Assembly: GCF_963921235.1 (NCBI RefSeq)
Contig: NC_086108.1
Location: 62,312,001 to 62,376,000, forward strand
Reading direction: 5' to 3'
Length of the DNA: 64,000 nt
Source of the DNA: Mobula hypostoma
Taxonomy: Eukaryota
Shown here: piece by piece, positions 62,480-64,000 of the stretch
Layout: each line of letters starts with the position of its first letter
Position numbering within the stretch: position 1 is the first letter of the stretch
Program-made: the position numbers and the translations under genes
Notes under the pieces: model-generated
What the model was told of the DNA's origin: nothing
The model's input: the letters and a program-made list of their open reading frames with translations, nothing else
Database searches by the model: none

Positions 62480-64000
62480 AAATCCTATTGCATTTTATTT
62501 ATGTAATAGAGAGGAAGAGGGTACAACGAATCAAAGAGGGAATTTATGTTTGGAGCTAGACAGAGTGATTGAGGTACTTCACTTTGGTATTCACTCAGGA
62601 GGAAAACATTATGGAGAGTGATATCATGGGGAGGTATGCTGGTACTCCGGAGGCATGTTGATGTCAGGAAGGGGGAGATATCAGGAAGAACGTTAAGGTG
62701 GATAAGTCCCCAAGGCCTAAAGAAGCAAGTGTGGAGATTTGCTATAGCTTTGACGGAGATCCTTCTATACTGTTTAGCTACAGGCAAGGTCCCAAAGAAC
62801 ACAAGGACAGCCAACGCTATTCTTTCTTTAAGAAAGGCATCAGAGATAATCTAACAAATGACAAATCAACAAGTTTTTCATCAATGGAAGGGAAATTATT
62901 AAAGAATTTCTTAGGGATATGGAAAGTTTCATCTCTACTGAAACTGATAGAGTTTTTTGAGGAGTTGAAGAATATAACTGATGAGGGCAGGGCGATGGAT
63001 GCATCTACATGGACTTTAGTAAAGCATTTGACAAGGGCTCTCATGAGCATAAGCTTAACCGGAAGGTTAAGACACTTTGAAGTACAAAGTTTAAAGTTCA
63101 AAGTAAATTTATTATCAAATTACGTAATTGTCATGATATATGACCCTGAGATTAATTTTCATAAGGAGAGTAAAGATAAAAATGAAGGTCAGCCAGCCAA
63201 TAGCATCAAAGAGGATACCCAAGGTGTTTTCAGATATATAAAGAGTAAAAGAGAGGTGAAAGTGGATATCAGATCACTGGAAAACGACACTGAAGAGATA
63301 GTAATGGGGACAAAGAAGTGGTAGATGAACTTATTAAGTATTTTGTTTTAGTCTTCACTGTGGAAGACACCAGCAGGACACCAGAAATTTGAATGTGTCG
63401 GGGCAGAAGGGAGTGTAATTGCTCATATTGAGGTGAAGGTGCTAAGAAGCTGAAAGGTCTGAAGGTAGATAAGTAACTTGGACCAGATGGACTACACCCA
63501 GAGTCCTTTCAAGAATCATGAGATTCTGGAACGGCTCCAGATGACTGGAGAATTGCAAACGTCACTCCACTCTTTAAGAAGGGAAGGTGGCAGAAGAAAG
63601 GAAATTACAGGCCAGTTAGCCTAACTTCAGTGGTTGGGAAGATGTTGGAGTCATTACTAAGGATGAGGTTTTGGGGTACTGGGGAGCATGGGATAAAATA
63701 GGCCAAAGTCAGTATGGCTTCCTTAGTGGAAATCTTGCCTGAGAACTGTGTTAGAATTCTTTAAGGAAATAACAAGTAGGATGGACAAGGGAGAGTCTGT
63801 GGATATTGTTTACTTGGATTTTCAGAAGGTCTTTGACAAGGTGCTGCACATGAGGCTGTTTAACAAGATAAGAGCCCATGGTATTATAGGAAAGATACCA
63901 ACATGGATAGAAGATTGGCTGACTGGCAGGAGGCAGACAGTTGGAATAAAGAGGGCCTTTTCTGTGGCTGTCGGTGACTAGTGATGTTCTGCAGTGGTCA
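62480..64000 (+). mobile_element. CR1 ORF2 fragments of two ages, running off the window end
   Basis: DKSPRP, KLIEFFEE, FRYIKSKRE, LEFFKEITSRMDKGESVDIVYLDFQKVFDKV...WIEDWLTGRRQ. A short Rex1 stub lies at about 63075-63165. Confidence 0.85.

Overview
Eukaryotic, repeat-dominated, apparently intergenic or intronic DNA with no recognisable host protein-coding gene. The repeat inventory (CR1 with TTCTATG-type tails, Rex1/Babar, Neptune-type Penelope, V-SINE/HE1-like SINEs) suggests a cartilaginous fish; this is inference. The main elements are: (1) a decayed, two-LTR chromodomain Gypsy of the Tf1/sushi type (4541-9666, minus), with a self-priming signature instead of a tRNA PBS; (2) a younger two-LTR CsRn1-clade Gypsy (53288-57609, minus), with tRNA-Trp PBS, CHCC gag motif and ATTT TSD; (3) three solo LTRs with TSDs; (4) a young 3.1-kb CR1; (5) several Rex1/Babar fragments; (6) two inverted Penelope-like copies and several short derivatives carrying minimal hammerhead-ribozyme motifs, one with an intact core; (7) a decayed Tc1; (8) mariner, Tc1 and hAT MITEs with unusual internal terminal repeats; (9) many nested insertions. 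I found no convincing new biological system. The most interesting signals are RNA-structure motifs inside the retroelements. Identity percentages are rough hand counts.
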